DNA from: Botryllus schlosseri
Taxonomy: Eukaryota
Direction of reading: 5' to 3'
NCBI GenBank assembly: GCA_051294905.1
Contig: CM119372.1
Location: 22,694,001 to 22,758,000 of the forward strand
Length of the DNA stretch: 64,000 nucleotides
Position 1 is the stretch's first letter. The number at the start of each line of letters is the position of its first letter. Of this stretch, positions 13,401-25,610 are shown in pieces. Under the pieces are notes generated by a model. The model did no database searches, was not told the DNA's origin, and was given only the letters and a program-made list of their open reading frames with translations. The position numbers were made by a program, and so were the translations under genes.

Positions 13401-16400
13401 TCTTTACTTGTTACTGCGCCGTCAAAAAGAGAATTCTTTCTGTATTTCGAGTAATTTCAAAATGGATCAATTCATTGCGCTTACACCGATTAGAATATTT
13501 AGATCAACTTTTAGCCGTTTCCGTGTTTGACAGGACTCGGTCCAGATCCAAGGCAACAAGGAGATGCGCGACGAATGGCTCACGAGACAGATCCAAGCTC
13601 TCGTCGCCATGCATTCGCAAGCCGAGGGCCAGCTCCGCGAGAGATATGGCCAGACCCTTGAGTTGGAGGTCCGAAAATACCGACGGAAGGCCTTGCTGTC
13701 TCGTCACAACCTGGAACAGGACCTGCTGAGAGAGGTGACCGACTGGCGACCAAGTGAATTTGGCAATCCGTTCGATATTGTTGTCACGTAACAGTTGAGC
13801 TTGTCGGCTGGTTATGTGTGTGCTCTGTGTAAACAATTTCTATCCTCGGTGGATGATGTAACTTGACAAATTATTTTTCGATCTATGACACATTGTTCTC
13901 TAGTACCATATATTTATAGATGCACCACTTCTCTAGTCGCTGTCTAAATAGGCTCAGCGGTCCCGTGAGGCCGTCACGGGTGTATTTATAGTGGCATTAA
14001 TTCTTTGGTCAGTTGACTCCACCATTAAGTCATTTTTTAGATGTCTGGGATTGGTGAGCAACTTGAATTAATGTAATGTTAATGATGGGTTTTGTCATTA
14101 TCGCAAACTCAAGTCCCTAATGAATTCGTACGATTGCTCTCTGCTAGGACATGGCTGTGCGCTGTGGCTGCGTGGGGTGACTGTCGTTCTTGTGCCTGCC
14201 TTTGCCGTGACACTGCCTATTTGGTTATGAATACATTGTAGATATTTCGAATGTAGCTTGCCCCACAGGACGGATGCGGTGGGACTCCAGCTGTATTTTT
14301 CAACTCGGTGCATTGTTTGCCTAGTACGGTTGCCGCAAATAGGCTCGGCGGTCCCACGAGAGGTGTATTTATAGTCACTTCAATTCTCTAGTCGGTTGTC
14401 TCGGGTAGTTACGTCATGCTTTAGGTGTCCGGGATCGGTGAGCGACTGGGGTTGATGTGCGGTTGATGACGCTTTTTGTCATAGTATCATGCTTATGCCG
14501 CTTGTTGATTGATAGGTATGCGTAAAATAATTTGTGTGGAATGCTCTCTACTTGGGCATGACTGTGCGGTGACCAGAATCAAGACATCAATGCTGTTCGT
14601 GTGTTTGACTTGGGTGTCACTGCCTAATTCAAATGAAGCTTCTTGTCTGATATCATTAGTTTTTTGCAGTTCCTGCGCCCTTTTTCCCAAATTATTGATA
14701 TTTGTAGTCTCGGTATGTTCTGATTTTCGACACTGCAAAGCAGATCAAAAGTTTAATCTGTTACATTTCACTCATGGGCACGTTTGACAATCAATGAGGA
14801 CGTGACCCATGATGAACTTGGCTGTCCGAATACAAGATTGGGTTTTATCATGCCACCAAATTCAAATCTTCCCATCAATTGGTATCGTCGATTTAAAAAT
14901 TTGAGTCTTCAGGAAATATTTGACCAAATCTACTTGAACCCTTGGAACTCTTGCGTTACTGTGGCAGATACAACTCTCATAAAACAGTACGATTCTTGAA
15001 AACAACCTTTTGAATGTCCGTGTTTGATGTAACAACTTCTTCATATTATTCGCGGCATCATGGCTGTCACGTAACTTGAAGTAATTTATCATTGTTGTCA
15101 CACACACAAACCATAGCATTTACTACTGGAATACATACTTTAAATGACTGCACCCGGATACCAACCAAATGATCTACTTTCCTTCATTAACGCTGTCTGA
15201 TTATTTCACTACAGGAATTGAATCTCAAGCAGCAGCACAAGGATAAGGAACACGAGATGTTGCTACGACAACACGACGCCACGCAGGCCCTCGAATACAA
15301 GCACCTGCACGCTATCCATGCGCAAAGAATCGACCACCTCAAGTAACGTTTGCGATCTTTCCCCCATGAATATCCGCGTCTTCACACTGTGATGTCTCAG
15401 ATCGCAGCATCAGACGGAGCTCTCGAATCAAATGGAATATTCGTCTCGGCGCGAATCCGAATTGAAACGCAAACACATGGCGGCGATACGGCAGCAACCG
15501 AAGAGTCTGAAAGTTAGTGAGCTAATTTTTGAAGTACTTGGCATGAGCGATAAATTGTAGTGTGGGCTGACAACTCTACCGATTTTATGCTCGTGTCATA
15601 TTTACCCGATCGGCTTATCGTAGATCAAGGTCTCTTTTCAATATGGCCCGCAACCAAAGATGGTCAAAGTAATCAGCGCTCTATCAAGTAGCGGGAGAAG
15701 AAATATGGTAAATTTTGACTGAATTAGAAGCAGATGTAGAAATTTCAAACAAATGTAGAAACTGCTGGCGGCTCTCGACTAACACAAAGTGACTAGGCCG
15801 ATGGTTCCCAACCTTTTTGTCTTCATTCCCCACTTCAGATTTATCCCGAGTCTTAATTCCCTACTACCCAAAACTCCTATATACCCTTTCAAATAGGGTT
15901 ACCATATTTTGAGATCCTAAAAAGGGGACAATTTTTATAAATTCTGAAAGCTCCAAGAAAACTGGTGATTTTGAAATTTTTTGATCGATAGTATTGTGTT
16001 GACTAAAAAAAACTCCCGATTTTTTAAGAAACTCTGATGTTCGCCGCGTCGGAGTCGAATTTTTCGTGACATTTAAAATCCTTTTCAGAGAAAAAGACTG
16101 CGAATTCCCAAAAAAGAGGACATGTAGGCGTCCTCCGAGGACACTTTCAATTTAGTTTCCGACACATACATTCAAAAGCAGTTAACTGGTAACGGCAACC
16201 GCACATGCGTCTCCGTAAATATGCAGACTATCCTGTATATAATGTTCAACAATTGCGTCTATTCTCCACCAGAAACCATTGAATTCTTCACCTGTGGACT
16301 AGGCCTGATTACACTACAAATAGAGAGAACCTTCAAAAAATCTATTTTCAGACTGCAACAGGTATTAAGCGCCGAGTCAAGAGTACCATTCATAATGACA

Positions 16401-19400
16401 TGACGTATAGTATGAGTGAAATTGAAAGTTAAAATATGTACCCTTTTTCAAATCAATATTTTCATAATTCCTGATCATGCCTTTGACTTGAATGCTTCAT
16501 TGCGACGTCACTACACCGAAAGGTCATTACTGTGAACAGGCGCGTAGCCAGCCGAAAAATAAGGGGGGGGGGTTTGAAATGAAAGAAGGGTATTTCGATA
16601 TTTTTCGAATTTAGTAATATAGCATCAATTCATTAGGGTCAAGTACATGCGTAAATAACGATTATACAACATCCTCGTGTTGACGATTACACGCGTATGA
16701 TAAGCTTGTCGACGAGTCCGGAAGTGATGTTAATTAGCGACTCCCTGATCTGTCGTGAACAATTAAATACTCACGCTTATCAACGCGTCGAACAATTGAA
16801 TACGAGCGCTAATCAATGCAGCTTACGTCTCACGTAGCCTCGGCGACGATTTGCGCAAGTCAAAATGTACGAGTTTTTATGGAATATGTGCTATAATGAC
16901 GCCGATTTCAGGTGGTTCAAACCTTACCTCTTTTATAACTCAAGCCTTGACACACAGCTTCTGATGGTTATGTTCAAGTATTAGCGGAGATCAATTACAC
17001 ATGTACGCACGCGTCGCACATGTTTGCGGACATTCGGTGTCATTCAGTTTCGCGATGTCACTCTTTAATCACAATCGCTAATCAGCATATACTTAACGGC
17101 ATTTTATCCAAGCTATCAGGAAATAGGAGCCAAAGCATGGTAGGCCCGAGACTCGCTAGTTAGGCTAGTGATATTTTTCGTACTAGGCTATTGCAAATGC
17201 GATTGTGTAGGCCAGCGATGATATCGTGCGCACCAACCCAATGCAGATGCGATTGTGTAGGCTAGCGACGATATCGTGCGCACCGGGCCTATTGCAGATG
17301 CTATTCTTCAAGCTAGGCTTGTTGGAGACGCGATAAATCAGGCTAGCAACGATTGCCGAGCGCGCAGAAATGAATGACCTAATTTCGCAATCATCTCAGC
17401 GGGAGATCGTGACACGCCTTTCGTTAATTGGCCGCGCGCAACACTGATAATACGACTTATTGAATTGCAACCGAGTATTAGTGTGTGAACGGTCATTTGA
17501 AAAGGACGGGGTTTCGCGTTAAAGGAGGGGGTTTCGCGATTCTAAAGAAGGAGGCTTCGACCCCCGAAACCCCCCCTGGCTACGCGCCTGACTGTGAACA
17601 TGTCTACCTGCATGCTATACGTTTTTGATATTGTGATAAAGTCGATCGAGGTTCCAGGTCTACCGCGGTAGAAAAAGGTCACAGTCATACCCATGTCGCA
17701 GAGCAGTTATACAGAGGTGTGGCCGACACTTGTGGTGTTCTCGGCAATATGAACGTCAGTACGATTGCTTCAACAGTATCAAGAAACATCAACCCGATCG
17801 TGATCGATCCTAAACTTTGTTCAGGTGAAAGAGAGCCAGATCAAGAAACAGTTCCACGAAACCATCAAAATCCAAGACCGCCAGTACAAGGCGTGGCGGA
17901 ATCACCTGATGGACAGCGTGCCGAAAAAAGAGCAGAAGGAGGTCTTGAAGAGAATGAAAGAGGAGAGAACGAGGAAACTGGCGCTGCTAGGCGAGCAATA
18001 CGAACGTTCCATCGCCGATCTCAACCAGAAGCAATCGGTGAGAGCTGTTTGTTTTTCGGCGCCAAATTCGTTTTATCAACTCCGTTTCTCGCAGGTGAAA
18101 TTGTCCGACGGTCAAGAGAAGGAACGCAATCAACTCCAGATGCAGCTGCAACAGGAACTGGAACTGCTGACCGCGTATCAGAGCAAAGTTAAGAAAGTGA
18201 TGGAGCAGCAGCATCAAAAGGAACTGAAAGACTTGGAACAAAAGGTTTCGCTGCGACGGGCGATGCTGGAACAAAAGGTAGTCGGTGTTGGTTTTTGATT
18301 GTTATAGTGTGATTTGCGTGATTGTACTCCTCGTTGAAGTGGATATGCTTTTACACTGCTTTCACTTCTACCTCACAATTTTGGAAGCAAACTTACTTTT
18401 TTGGACTTCGGACTTTGTAAAGTAAAAAGTAGTTTTGGGGTATATTAGCATTACTTTTACAGAACCCATTTACATTGTTAGTAGTCCTTTTTGTGCAGGC
18501 CGCGTTGATATTGAAACTAGCCACCTTAATTGACTATCCCAAGTATACAATGTCAGTTGCCACAACCAAACCTATATTTTGAAATTATTTACTTGAATAC
18601 CATTTAGAACTTGCTCTGTGTACTTCTACTTGAAGTAGATTTGGCGCGTCTTGGAAACCGCTCTTTTTACACGAGTTCCAATTTCGACTACTTTGATCAA
18701 TTCTGATTAGCAGTGTACTCGAAGATAGTGGTACGGCCTGCAAGTTCGGATTGGTACGGAATGGACTGTGATCAATGCCAATCTGCTTTGCCGTAGTCAC
18801 TTCCAGATCGAATCTGGTCGTTAAATTGTTTGTTCGAATTGCATGATTGCTACTGAATGTGAGACGCCACACACCGGTTATTATTACGACACTCTTAGTC
18901 CTGTTTCTGAATTGAACGCCTTTTTTTGTGTTAGTCTTTTTTGGTTGCTTGGTTGGATGAAGCAGTGGTTCTCTTAATGGTCGTGACCCAATTTCCTATT
19001 TTGAAATGTTCGGCAGCCCACCTCTAATTAATAAGAAAGGGTCAGTACCTTCTCCCACACCTACTCAACTCAAGGCCTATTTCGGAAGTTGATCACTAAG
19101 CAGCACCTTCACGATCCCCAGGTTTAAAGCCACTGGAATGAGAAGATTAAATATGTGTTTTTTCGTGACACTTCTGCTTTCTGGTGACGGTTTTAGCTTT
19201 TAGGGAATCTCCGTCCTCCAATACATTCTTGCGCTAATTGTTTACCGTGTACACATCGACTGTGTTCTGTTGTTTCAAGTCACACTCGCATCAATGCCAA
19301 TATTGTCATAATGTCGCGTAATAATTTGTTACTATTCTTGGACAAAGTTTGGTTTTCAATGCTGCATCATTCCCCAGCCCATGTGTCTGCAAAGCGCCGA

Positions 19401-22077
19401 TTTTCTGCATCTCTAGTCTGTGGGCTGTAGTAGATGCGCAGAGCTCTGGGCCTTTGACTTATTCTTTGTTCGATTCCTGAAAACGCCACCTGGAAATAAT
19501 CGTTGTCGGCACTGAGCATGCTGAATTTTTGCCCTTCTTCTAAAAGCAGGTGACTACGTGACTCTCAATAATTTGCAGTAGCTGTTTTTGGTGAAGATTT
19601 CAGGCATGTCAGTTGCTGCCGCTATTTGTGATTGCTGTCGGAGATGGAAAATGTAGTATACCGGTAGACGGTGGAATTTTCACTAATCGAGCCTGCCTCT
19701 CTTGTCTGAACTTTTGAAGAGCCGTGCAAGCCCGACAGGCTAGACCAGTGGTTCTCGACCTTTTTAAACCTCGTGACACCCTATTAGGGGAATAAATAGT
19801 TGACACGGTTGAACAGTTTTGTAGGCAGAACCACCTACTTTTTGCACGTGGAATTTGAAACGTAGAAAGTACTTTTGGGATATGTTTGCATAAGTTTTAA
19901 GAGTAAAGTTGTCACTAGAGCCATGTGAAATAGCTCCCATATATCGCGGTTACCGAAGACATGTTTTTTTATATATTTGGAACGATATTTTCGAAGATTG
20001 CACCTATTTATTGTGCTATTAGTCATATGGCGAAGATACATCTCGCGATTCAAAAGCAGCCACCTTCGATTCATAGCTTAAAGTATGCTGTAGGCTGACC
20101 CGTGACCACCTTCACCTATTCACGTGCGCTTGACTGCTCTGGCGCTAACACTTGTGATTTGTTCGTAGATGGAAGAGGACAGTGTGAATCTACAAAACGA
20201 ACGCCGCGACCGCATCCGAAACCTGCTGGAGCAGCAGGGTAAGGAAATCGAAAACTTTGACGCCGAGAGCCTCCGGATGGGCTTCTCGACCGTCGTCATC
20301 ACCAACTATGGCGACCAAGTGTTCGTAGACCCGCACGTCAAAGCAGACCACCCCAACCCAGGACACATGCACCCGTCCGCGTCCACCTCGGCGCTAGGCG
20401 GTCCACCAGGTCACCATGCACCCGGACACAACATGCCCCGGAGTACAAGCGGGAGCAGCATCAGAACTGGAGGCGCGGCGGGGCAGTCGGCTAATGCCCA
20501 GCCGCAGCCGGGATCCCACCCCGGTCAGGCGTACTCGCATCGAAGTACGCGAACAGCGACGGACAGCGCTCGGGTCAAGGGTCACGGCCAGCACGATGCC
20601 GGTAATAATAACAGGAATAACAGCTCACGGCCTGTCGGAAGCGCGCCGGCGTCACACAGGCAGACGTATGACCCCTATCTGTCTGGTCAATCTCGGGGAC
20701 TGGTGAGACCGGCGCACTCGGCCGTTGACCAGGTCCGGCAACAAGCCTATAAAGTTGCTGCTCAAAAATCTGTCAGGACCGGCGACTCGGCGGTGAGTAA
20801 AAATGTCACTTCCTCGGCCATAAGAAGGGCTAGGCGCAACGATTCGGGTATCGATTGTGATGAGCCAAGTCCAGTTGCGAGAGTCGATGTTTTCTACCGA
20901 CGATTAGGGCTGGGCAAAATCGAGTACCTGAGTGATTCGATTCTGAATCAGGAAATATGCTTCGAGTCGAGTCGAGTAATCGAGTATCAGTCATTATGAC
21001 GCCATAACAGAATGTAGTACGTCAAAATTCAAATCTGTACCGTTTATATGCCACCACAAAGAATATAATGCCTGTTATCCATCTCTTAAAAGATACTTGG
21101 GTATTTGTTTCGACCATACCGATTTCATTCCACTTGGTGATAATGTCGTGGGATAATCATGACTTGGGAAATATGTTACGTCCAGTAACCTGCGTATATA
21201 ACTTTGTATCATATATGTTTCGTATGCTACGATACCGCCAATCGAGGTTTCGAGGCTTAACAGTGAAAATGAGTATCGAAACTATAACTCTCGTTGATAA
21301 ATTAACTTTCTGTGGTGAGAAGCCTATAATTTCAGTGCTGGAAAAAATCGTATTTTACTACTCACTCGAATCATTAAAATTGATACTCGATTCAGATTCG
21401 AGAACTCGAATCATTGTGCCCAGCCCTACCGACGATACAAATACTTTCGGTACTTTTCCCCATTGCCGGAGCATCGGAACTGACACTGGCTGTATCGTCG
21501 AAAAAAATTCCAAATTATCCTAATGTGGTGTAGAACTGGCATTCTATTTTTTGTGGTCACATTAAAGGTGCTTATTTCAAATTATTCATACTCTTATGAC
21601 GTCGTAATGAGTGGTACTCCAATAACTCAAATAATAATAATCGACTCAGAGCCTAACACTTGATTTAGGATCAAATCATGCCGGAACTCGCTTTCGCCGA
21701 GCCTTAACCACAAGCCATTCTCGTTTCAGCTGGGACTCGACAACTCCCTCCCCCACCATGGATCCACTGCCTCGCTGCCGCCAGCGCCCTCCCACAGCCG
21801 CTCGCGTCACAATCCGTCCGGCCGCAGCTGGGACGGCTCTGAGCCACGAGTCCCGGACCGGCCCGTTCACGAAGCCCAGCGACACTCCGAAGGCAGGTCG
21901 TCACCGGCGCGAACCCAGAGCTTTGCCGATCGTTCCACGCGTCCCGAACAGCGGGACCGGTCCCATGGCGATTTACAGGCGAGGCGTCAGCGGACCGGCC
22001 CGCGGCCTGCTCAAGATTTGCAAAGCGGCGGAGACGGAGGCGCCGCGGGCACTTCTTTTTCGTCTTCGATTCATTAG
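1336..22077 (+). CDS. TAOK: Serine/threonine-protein kinase TAO (Ste20/GCK-VIII), 5'-partial, 15 exons: 1336-1487, 1549-1846, 4464-4658, 5232-5330, 5392-5487, 7127-7257, 9740-9907, 12148-12373, 13534-13734, 15215-15342, 15401-15512, 17825-18037, 18095-18277, 20169-20792, 21730-22077
   Basis: Kinase motifs [78 protein letters not shown]-typical [21 protein letters not shown], Ser-rich linker, FATIRSA, and coiled coils ([42 protein letters not shown]). All junctions join in frame: 3174 nt = 1057 aa + TAG. Confidence 0.95.
1549..1846 (+). CDS. TAOK: TAO exon (kinase C-lobe)
   Basis: ttccag|[26 protein letters not shown]|gtgagt. Confidence 0.95.
3583..4074. mobile_element. hAT-like MITE family A, copy 1 (TAO intron)
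   Basis: TIR TAGGGCTGGGCA / TGCCCAGCCCTA; perfect 8-bp TSD AAAGTGAG (3575-3582, 4075-4082); homologous to 20905-21428 in the opposite orientation. Confidence 0.9.
4100..4337 (-). mobile_element. tRNA(Thr-like)-derived SINE
   Basis: Minus strand: A box TAGCTCAGTGG, GGTCTCGTAA anticodon-arm remnant (CGT), B box GGTTCAAATC, then body GGTCCTAAGCTCGGAAA..CAGGAAGGGCGTCC..TAAAAC; acceptor and anticodon stems are decayed. Confidence 0.7.
4464..4658 (+). CDS. TAOK: TAO exon
   Basis: tttag|[40 protein letters not shown]|gtgatt. Confidence 0.9.
5232..5330 (+). CDS. TAOK: TAO exon (Ser-rich linker)
   Basis: tatag|[33 protein letters not shown]|gtacgt; phase 0/0; absent from the ORF track. Confidence 0.8.
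5392..5487 (+). CDS. TAOK: TAO exon (linker)
   Basis: aaaag|[32 protein letters not shown]|gtgagc, after a 61-nt intron. Confidence 0.7.
7127..7257 (+). CDS. TAOK: TAO exon (linker; ends at a GC donor)
   Basis: tttcag|[24 protein letters not shown]|gcaagt; joins 9740 to give RDRFATIRS. Confidence 0.75.
9287..9648. mobile_element. Degenerate MITE related to family A
   Basis: Ends TAGGTCTGGGCAAAATCGAG / ATTTTGCCCAATCCTA; TSD not preserved. Confidence 0.55.
9740..9907 (+). CDS. TAOK: TAO exon (coiled coil)
   Basis: cttag|[37 protein letters not shown]|gtaatt. Confidence 0.92.
10721..11920. mobile_element. hAT (Charlie/Buster-like) non-autonomous element
   Basis: CAGTGGGTTCTCA..TGAGAAGCCCTG; TSD ggctatat / ggctaaat; GTGGCCCA subterminal repeats at both ends. 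Confidence 0.75.
12148..12373 (+). CDS. TAOK: TAO exon (coiled coil)
   Basis: ttgcag|[24 protein letters not shown]|gtatta. Confidence 0.9.
13534..13734 (+). CDS. TAOK: TAO exon (coiled coil)
   Basis: gacag|[42 protein letters not shown]|gtgacc. Confidence 0.9.
13945..14700. repeat. Diverged tandem duplication, unit about 390 bp
   Basis: AAATAGGCTC.GCGGTCCC..GTGTATTTATAGT..GGGAT.GGTGAGC..TGCTCTCT..CATG.CTGTGCG..CACTGCCTA occurs at about 13946 and again at about 14337. Confidence 0.75.
15215..15342 (+). CDS. TAOK: TAO exon
   Basis: tacag|[31 protein letters not shown].. AA|gtaacg; absent from the ORF track. Confidence 0.9.
15401..15512 (+). CDS. TAOK: TAO exon
   Basis: ctcag|[38 protein letters not shown]|gttagt. 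Confidence 0.9.
16537..17590. mobile_element. hAT-like non-autonomous element with an internal ~52-bp minisatellite (about 17185-17330)
   Basis: TIR CAGGCGCGTAGCCA / TGGCTACGCGCCTG; perfect TSD ACTGTGAA (16529-16536, 17591-17598). Confidence 0.9.
17825..18037 (+). CDS. TAOK: TAO exon
   Basis: ttcag|[39 protein letters not shown]|gtgaga. Confidence 0.92.
18095..18277 (+). CDS. TAOK: TAO exon
   Basis: cgcag|[34 protein letters not shown]|gtagtc. Confidence 0.92.
20169..20792 (+). CDS. TAOK: TAO exon (end of coiled coil and start of low-complexity tail)
   Basis: cgtag|[44 protein letters not shown]|gtgagt; 624 nt, phase 0. Confidence 0.85.
20905..21428. mobile_element. hAT-like MITE family A, copy 2 (last TAO intron)
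   Basis: TIR TAGGGCTGGGCA; perfect TSD CCGACGAT (20897-20904, 21429-21436). Confidence 0.9.
21730..22077 (+). CDS. TAOK: TAO terminal coding exon (low-complexity tail)
   Basis: tcgtttcag|[38 protein letters not shown]-rich, open phase-0 frame ending at TAG 22075-22077. Confidence 0.7.
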   Translation: MGLDNSLPHHGSTASLPPAPSHSRSRHNPSGRSWDGSEPRVPDRPVHEAQRHSEGRSSPARTQSFADRSTRPEQRDRSHGDLQARRQRTGPRPAQDLQSGGDGGAAGTSFSSSIH

Positions 22078-22947
22078 AAAATGCTCGGTGGGGTAAAGCC
22101 GAAATGTCTCAAGTCGCGTGCGTTCCGCGGCACGTCAGCTTGTCGGCCCGTCGGTAGACGCGCGCCGTTTGAGTCCGCTGCAGTATTTTCGCCCGGTAAT
22201 TTTTTTTGTAATTATAAGCCGATGTGACGAGTTTCGAAAAGCGTATCGCCGCTATTTCCTTTTTATTGTGTTACGACGACTGAATCAGTGACGAAACGAC
22301 TGCGTAAAATACACATATATATTGACTATCGATCAGGCGGTTCTGGTTTACGGTTTCGGGGTCGTTGCGTGACTGGGGATTTCGCAGAGAGATGGTAGCG
22401 CGAGCGAGAGCCGTTATTTTAAAGCGGAAAAGCTGGTCGTGTGTGGAGCAACTTTTCTGTGCTGGATCTACATTTGCGATTATATTTATACTTCTACACC
22501 TGGGAAATAGAATTTCCTCAGCTACAGTGGTATGGAAATCTGATTTCGAGCCTAAAATTATAGTTAAGGTTACCCTACGTTGGCGTTCTCAAGAAATTGG
22601 CAATCCATCCTCTATAGCAGGGGTCACCAACACGTGGCCATGGCCATGCGGCCCGTGAGATCATATTTTGCTGCCCGGGACTTGATTTGAGATTTTGGAA
22701 GAAAGCTAAGAAAATCATTTTGAAATGCTGAATTGACTACAATTTCAACATATTGTTGTTGTTGCTTCAAAATAAGCTATTCTCCTGTGCCCAACATCAC
22801 TTTCGTCACTAGCTTTGGCTTTGGAGATGGCAACAGCATTCCATCGAGGGAGAATAATCAACTGATATGAATGGGCTGGGCATACTGCCTTGACGTGCAA
22901 TGGCCCAAACTCTGCCAAGACCGAAACGATTAGAAAACGGCATAGGG

Positions 22948-24344
22948 TAGTGGTTCTCAAACTGGGGGGCGCCCGTCTTGTGGGGGCGTGAAAGCATCTG
23001 AAGGGGGAGCGGAGCTGCGGCCAACTGAGAAATTTTTTCGCGCTTCGTGAGATTTACATCAAATTCAAATTTCATGTATAGTCCGGAATTCATACAAGAA
23101 AATTCTCTCATCATCAGTCATAACCTTCCTTGCCATCAAATTATTGGTTGGGATTGCTAGCATTCTGGTTGTATTTTGTGATATGACGATAAGGGGAAAG
23201 CGAAATTTTTCAGCATCATATAGGGTAGGGTTACCATATTTTTGTGACATAAATTCCGGACACTCTTCAGCGCCCACTAGCGGATTTGAAAATGAGGTGT
23301 AACACATTGACCGTCAATATGACGTCACACTAGCAAAGCATTGCCCATCGACTGTATACACTATACAGGAATGGAGTGGAACATAGGTCAGGAATTGGGC
23401 CATCCATTGCTACTTACTAGGGTCTGCAATAGATTCCTCCACGGGTCTGATGAAATCATCTGGCAGGCCGTGTCTGGCCTGTCAGGATTGTGTTTGACAG
23501 CCCTGCTATACTGTTAGGTCGGTGCGGCTATCTGTTTATGTATGTTTTAATCAGGTCCGACAACATTTTTTCTCCCCCCTTCCGCCCAAAAAAGCACTGA
23601 TCTTGGGCCCATCATAGGGTAGTCGATGTAACTTGTTGGGCACTTGCTACATGCATTTGGCTGCTAAATTTTATGTATGAATTCTGTCAATAATATTGAT
23701 TCTTCCATATATTGGGCTACTATAAAATGCACCAGCAGGTTGCACATCCGGTGATATCCAACCTTTTATGGTCGCGACCTCATTTCCCACTTGAAAATGT
23801 TCCGTGGCAAAGCTCAAAACCCAATAAGCTGATCACTAAAAAAATTCAGCTTGCCCAAACTTACTCACGGCCTAGGAAGCAGATTACGTCCAACATCATC
23901 GCGATCCCCAGATACAGGCGAACGACCCCAAAATTTGGAACCAGGCCTTAATCTACTCTAGGAATATACCGTTAGCTTATAATTGCGATTACAATCAGAC
24001 TTATTTCAGTAAATGGTGGTTATTTATATTTATTTTGATTGCATTTTTGGCGAGGGTGGTGCCTGATGCCCATACTAATATCATTATACGTTGCATTAAC
24101 TCGTGCGCGGCGCGAAGAACAATTTTGAATTGGATTAATCTGCTTGAAAATAATATTGTTTATGTGATTTACGAAAAACTTTTGAGCCTGCTTCAAGCCT
24201 TCAGAATTCCGGACATTTAGTCATATTTTAGAAATTCCTCCCGGACGCGGATTTTTCAGTGAAATTCCGGACATGTCCGGGAAATTCCGGGCGTATGGCA
24301 ACCCTAATATAGGGGGCGTGTCTAAAAAAGTTTGAGAACCACTG
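22948..24344. mobile_element. Nested Charlie/Buster-like MITE
   Basis: TAGTGGTTCTCAAACT / AGTTTGAGAACCACTG; GGGGGCGTG subterminal motifs; imperfect TSD gcataggg / gcttataggg. Confidence 0.75.
23226..24306. mobile_element. Nested hAT-like element (TAGGGTTACCATA family)
   Basis: TIR TAGGGTTACCATA / TATGGCAACCCTA; perfect TSD ATATAGGG (23218-23225, 24307-24314); TTCCGGAC subterminal repeats. Confidence 0.88.
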
Positions 24345-24595
24345 GCTTATAGGGCTTCCCCACAAGGTCAAGCTTATAACGTGAAGATGGTCTTTCAGCT
24401 AGTAACGTATCTCGCTAGCCCCAATATCGATTCCTTAGTCGCTGAAAAGCGTTTCCAGATATCGTGCACAGCTCAGAGTTCAAAATAAAATGAAATTGAT
24501 GATATTGATTTTTGTTGTATTTGTATTCCTTTGATAAAATATTACTTCTTTTGTGGTCACTATGCCCATTGCCTATGTTAGGTAGCACGGCGTTG

Positions 24596-25448
24596 CAGTG
24601 TTTGGGATCAAGTCACTACCTTCGAGTCACTGCACATTTTGACTCGAGTCTAGTCAAGTCAAACGATTTTCGAAAGTGACTCGAGTCAAGTCAAGTCATC
24701 CGATTTTTGGAGGTGACTCGAGTCAAATCAAATCACGAGTCAAGTGACAATTCAGGTCAAGTTGCCTTTTCGAAGTGTGGGGCATGATTACGTCATTGCA
24801 TTTTTCTAGCTGTCTGAAATACAGATTGAGTAGTCATTGATTCTGAATCGATAAACGAATGCAGAGTTAAATATACACGCTGTATCGCTCACATATATGT
24901 AGAACTGTTAAACTACGTAAGTAATTGCATAGCCTCAGTGTATAGTTCGCAGCAGAATAGAGAAACCAATTGATATGATACAATTCGACCATGCGCTATA
25001 TTCGAATTCAATATCAATAAAACAAGAGGCTTGGTTAAGGTAAGAACAGAAATAGACATTTTGCTGTTAAATTACTTAAATTACTTTACTACTATACTAG
25101 TTTATGACAACGTATAAGCTGTTAGCTTCGATCACCTCGTTTGCGGTCAATTTATTTGCGAGAGAACAATGGCGGCTCATCGATTCATTGAATGATAGCT
25201 CACTCTCACGGGTTACGTCAGCGTTTCGCGAACAATTCGACCATATGCAAGATACAGTGATTTTTGTCGACACCGATTACTTGATGACTTGAAATTGACT
25301 CGTGAATTTTGCTCCGAGTCACGAGTCAATCCACATTTCTGATACGCCGAGTCAAGTCAAGTCATTTTAGCAAAGTGACTCGAGTCAAGTCAAGTCATAC
25401 GAAAAAAGTGACTCGAGTCAAGTCATGACTCGAGTCATCCCAACACTG
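24596..25448. mobile_element. Nested hAT-like MITE with GACTCGAGTC/AAGTC subterminal arrays
   Basis: TIR CAGTGTTTGGGAT / ATCCCAACACTG; perfect TSD CGGCGTTG (24588-24595, 25449-25456). Confidence 0.9.
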
Positions 25449-25610
25449 CGGCGTTGTACTGACGTTGAGTTTTAAAACGTGGTTGCCTGGTTTATATCGA
25501 TACTGAATACATGCGGCCCGCGGCCGCTACGAAATTTGAAAAGTGGCCCGCGACCTGTTTTGAGTTGGCGACCCCTGCTCTATAGCTTTGACAGGCTGGC
25601 GATTGCACAC

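Larger units (their letters stand above)
22618..25577. mobile_element. hAT element hosting nested insertions
   Basis: TIR CAGGGGTCACCAAC / GTTGGCGACCCCTG; perfect TSD CTCTATAG (22610-22617, 25578-25585). Confidence 0.88.

Noticed and set aside
12080..18274. Leu-rich antisense ORFs at 12080-12364 and 17987-18274
   Set aside because: Reverse-complement shadows of Q/E/K-rich TAO exons.
20793..20999. ORF-track extension of the TAO exon to 20999
   Set aside because: Runs past a strong GTGAGT donor into TE sequence; an in-phase terminal exon exists at 21730-22077.
21758..22096. 112-aa [11 protein letters not shown]...
   Set aside because: Alternative frame of the GC-rich TAO terminal exon; the phase-0 acceptor at 21730 selects a different frame.
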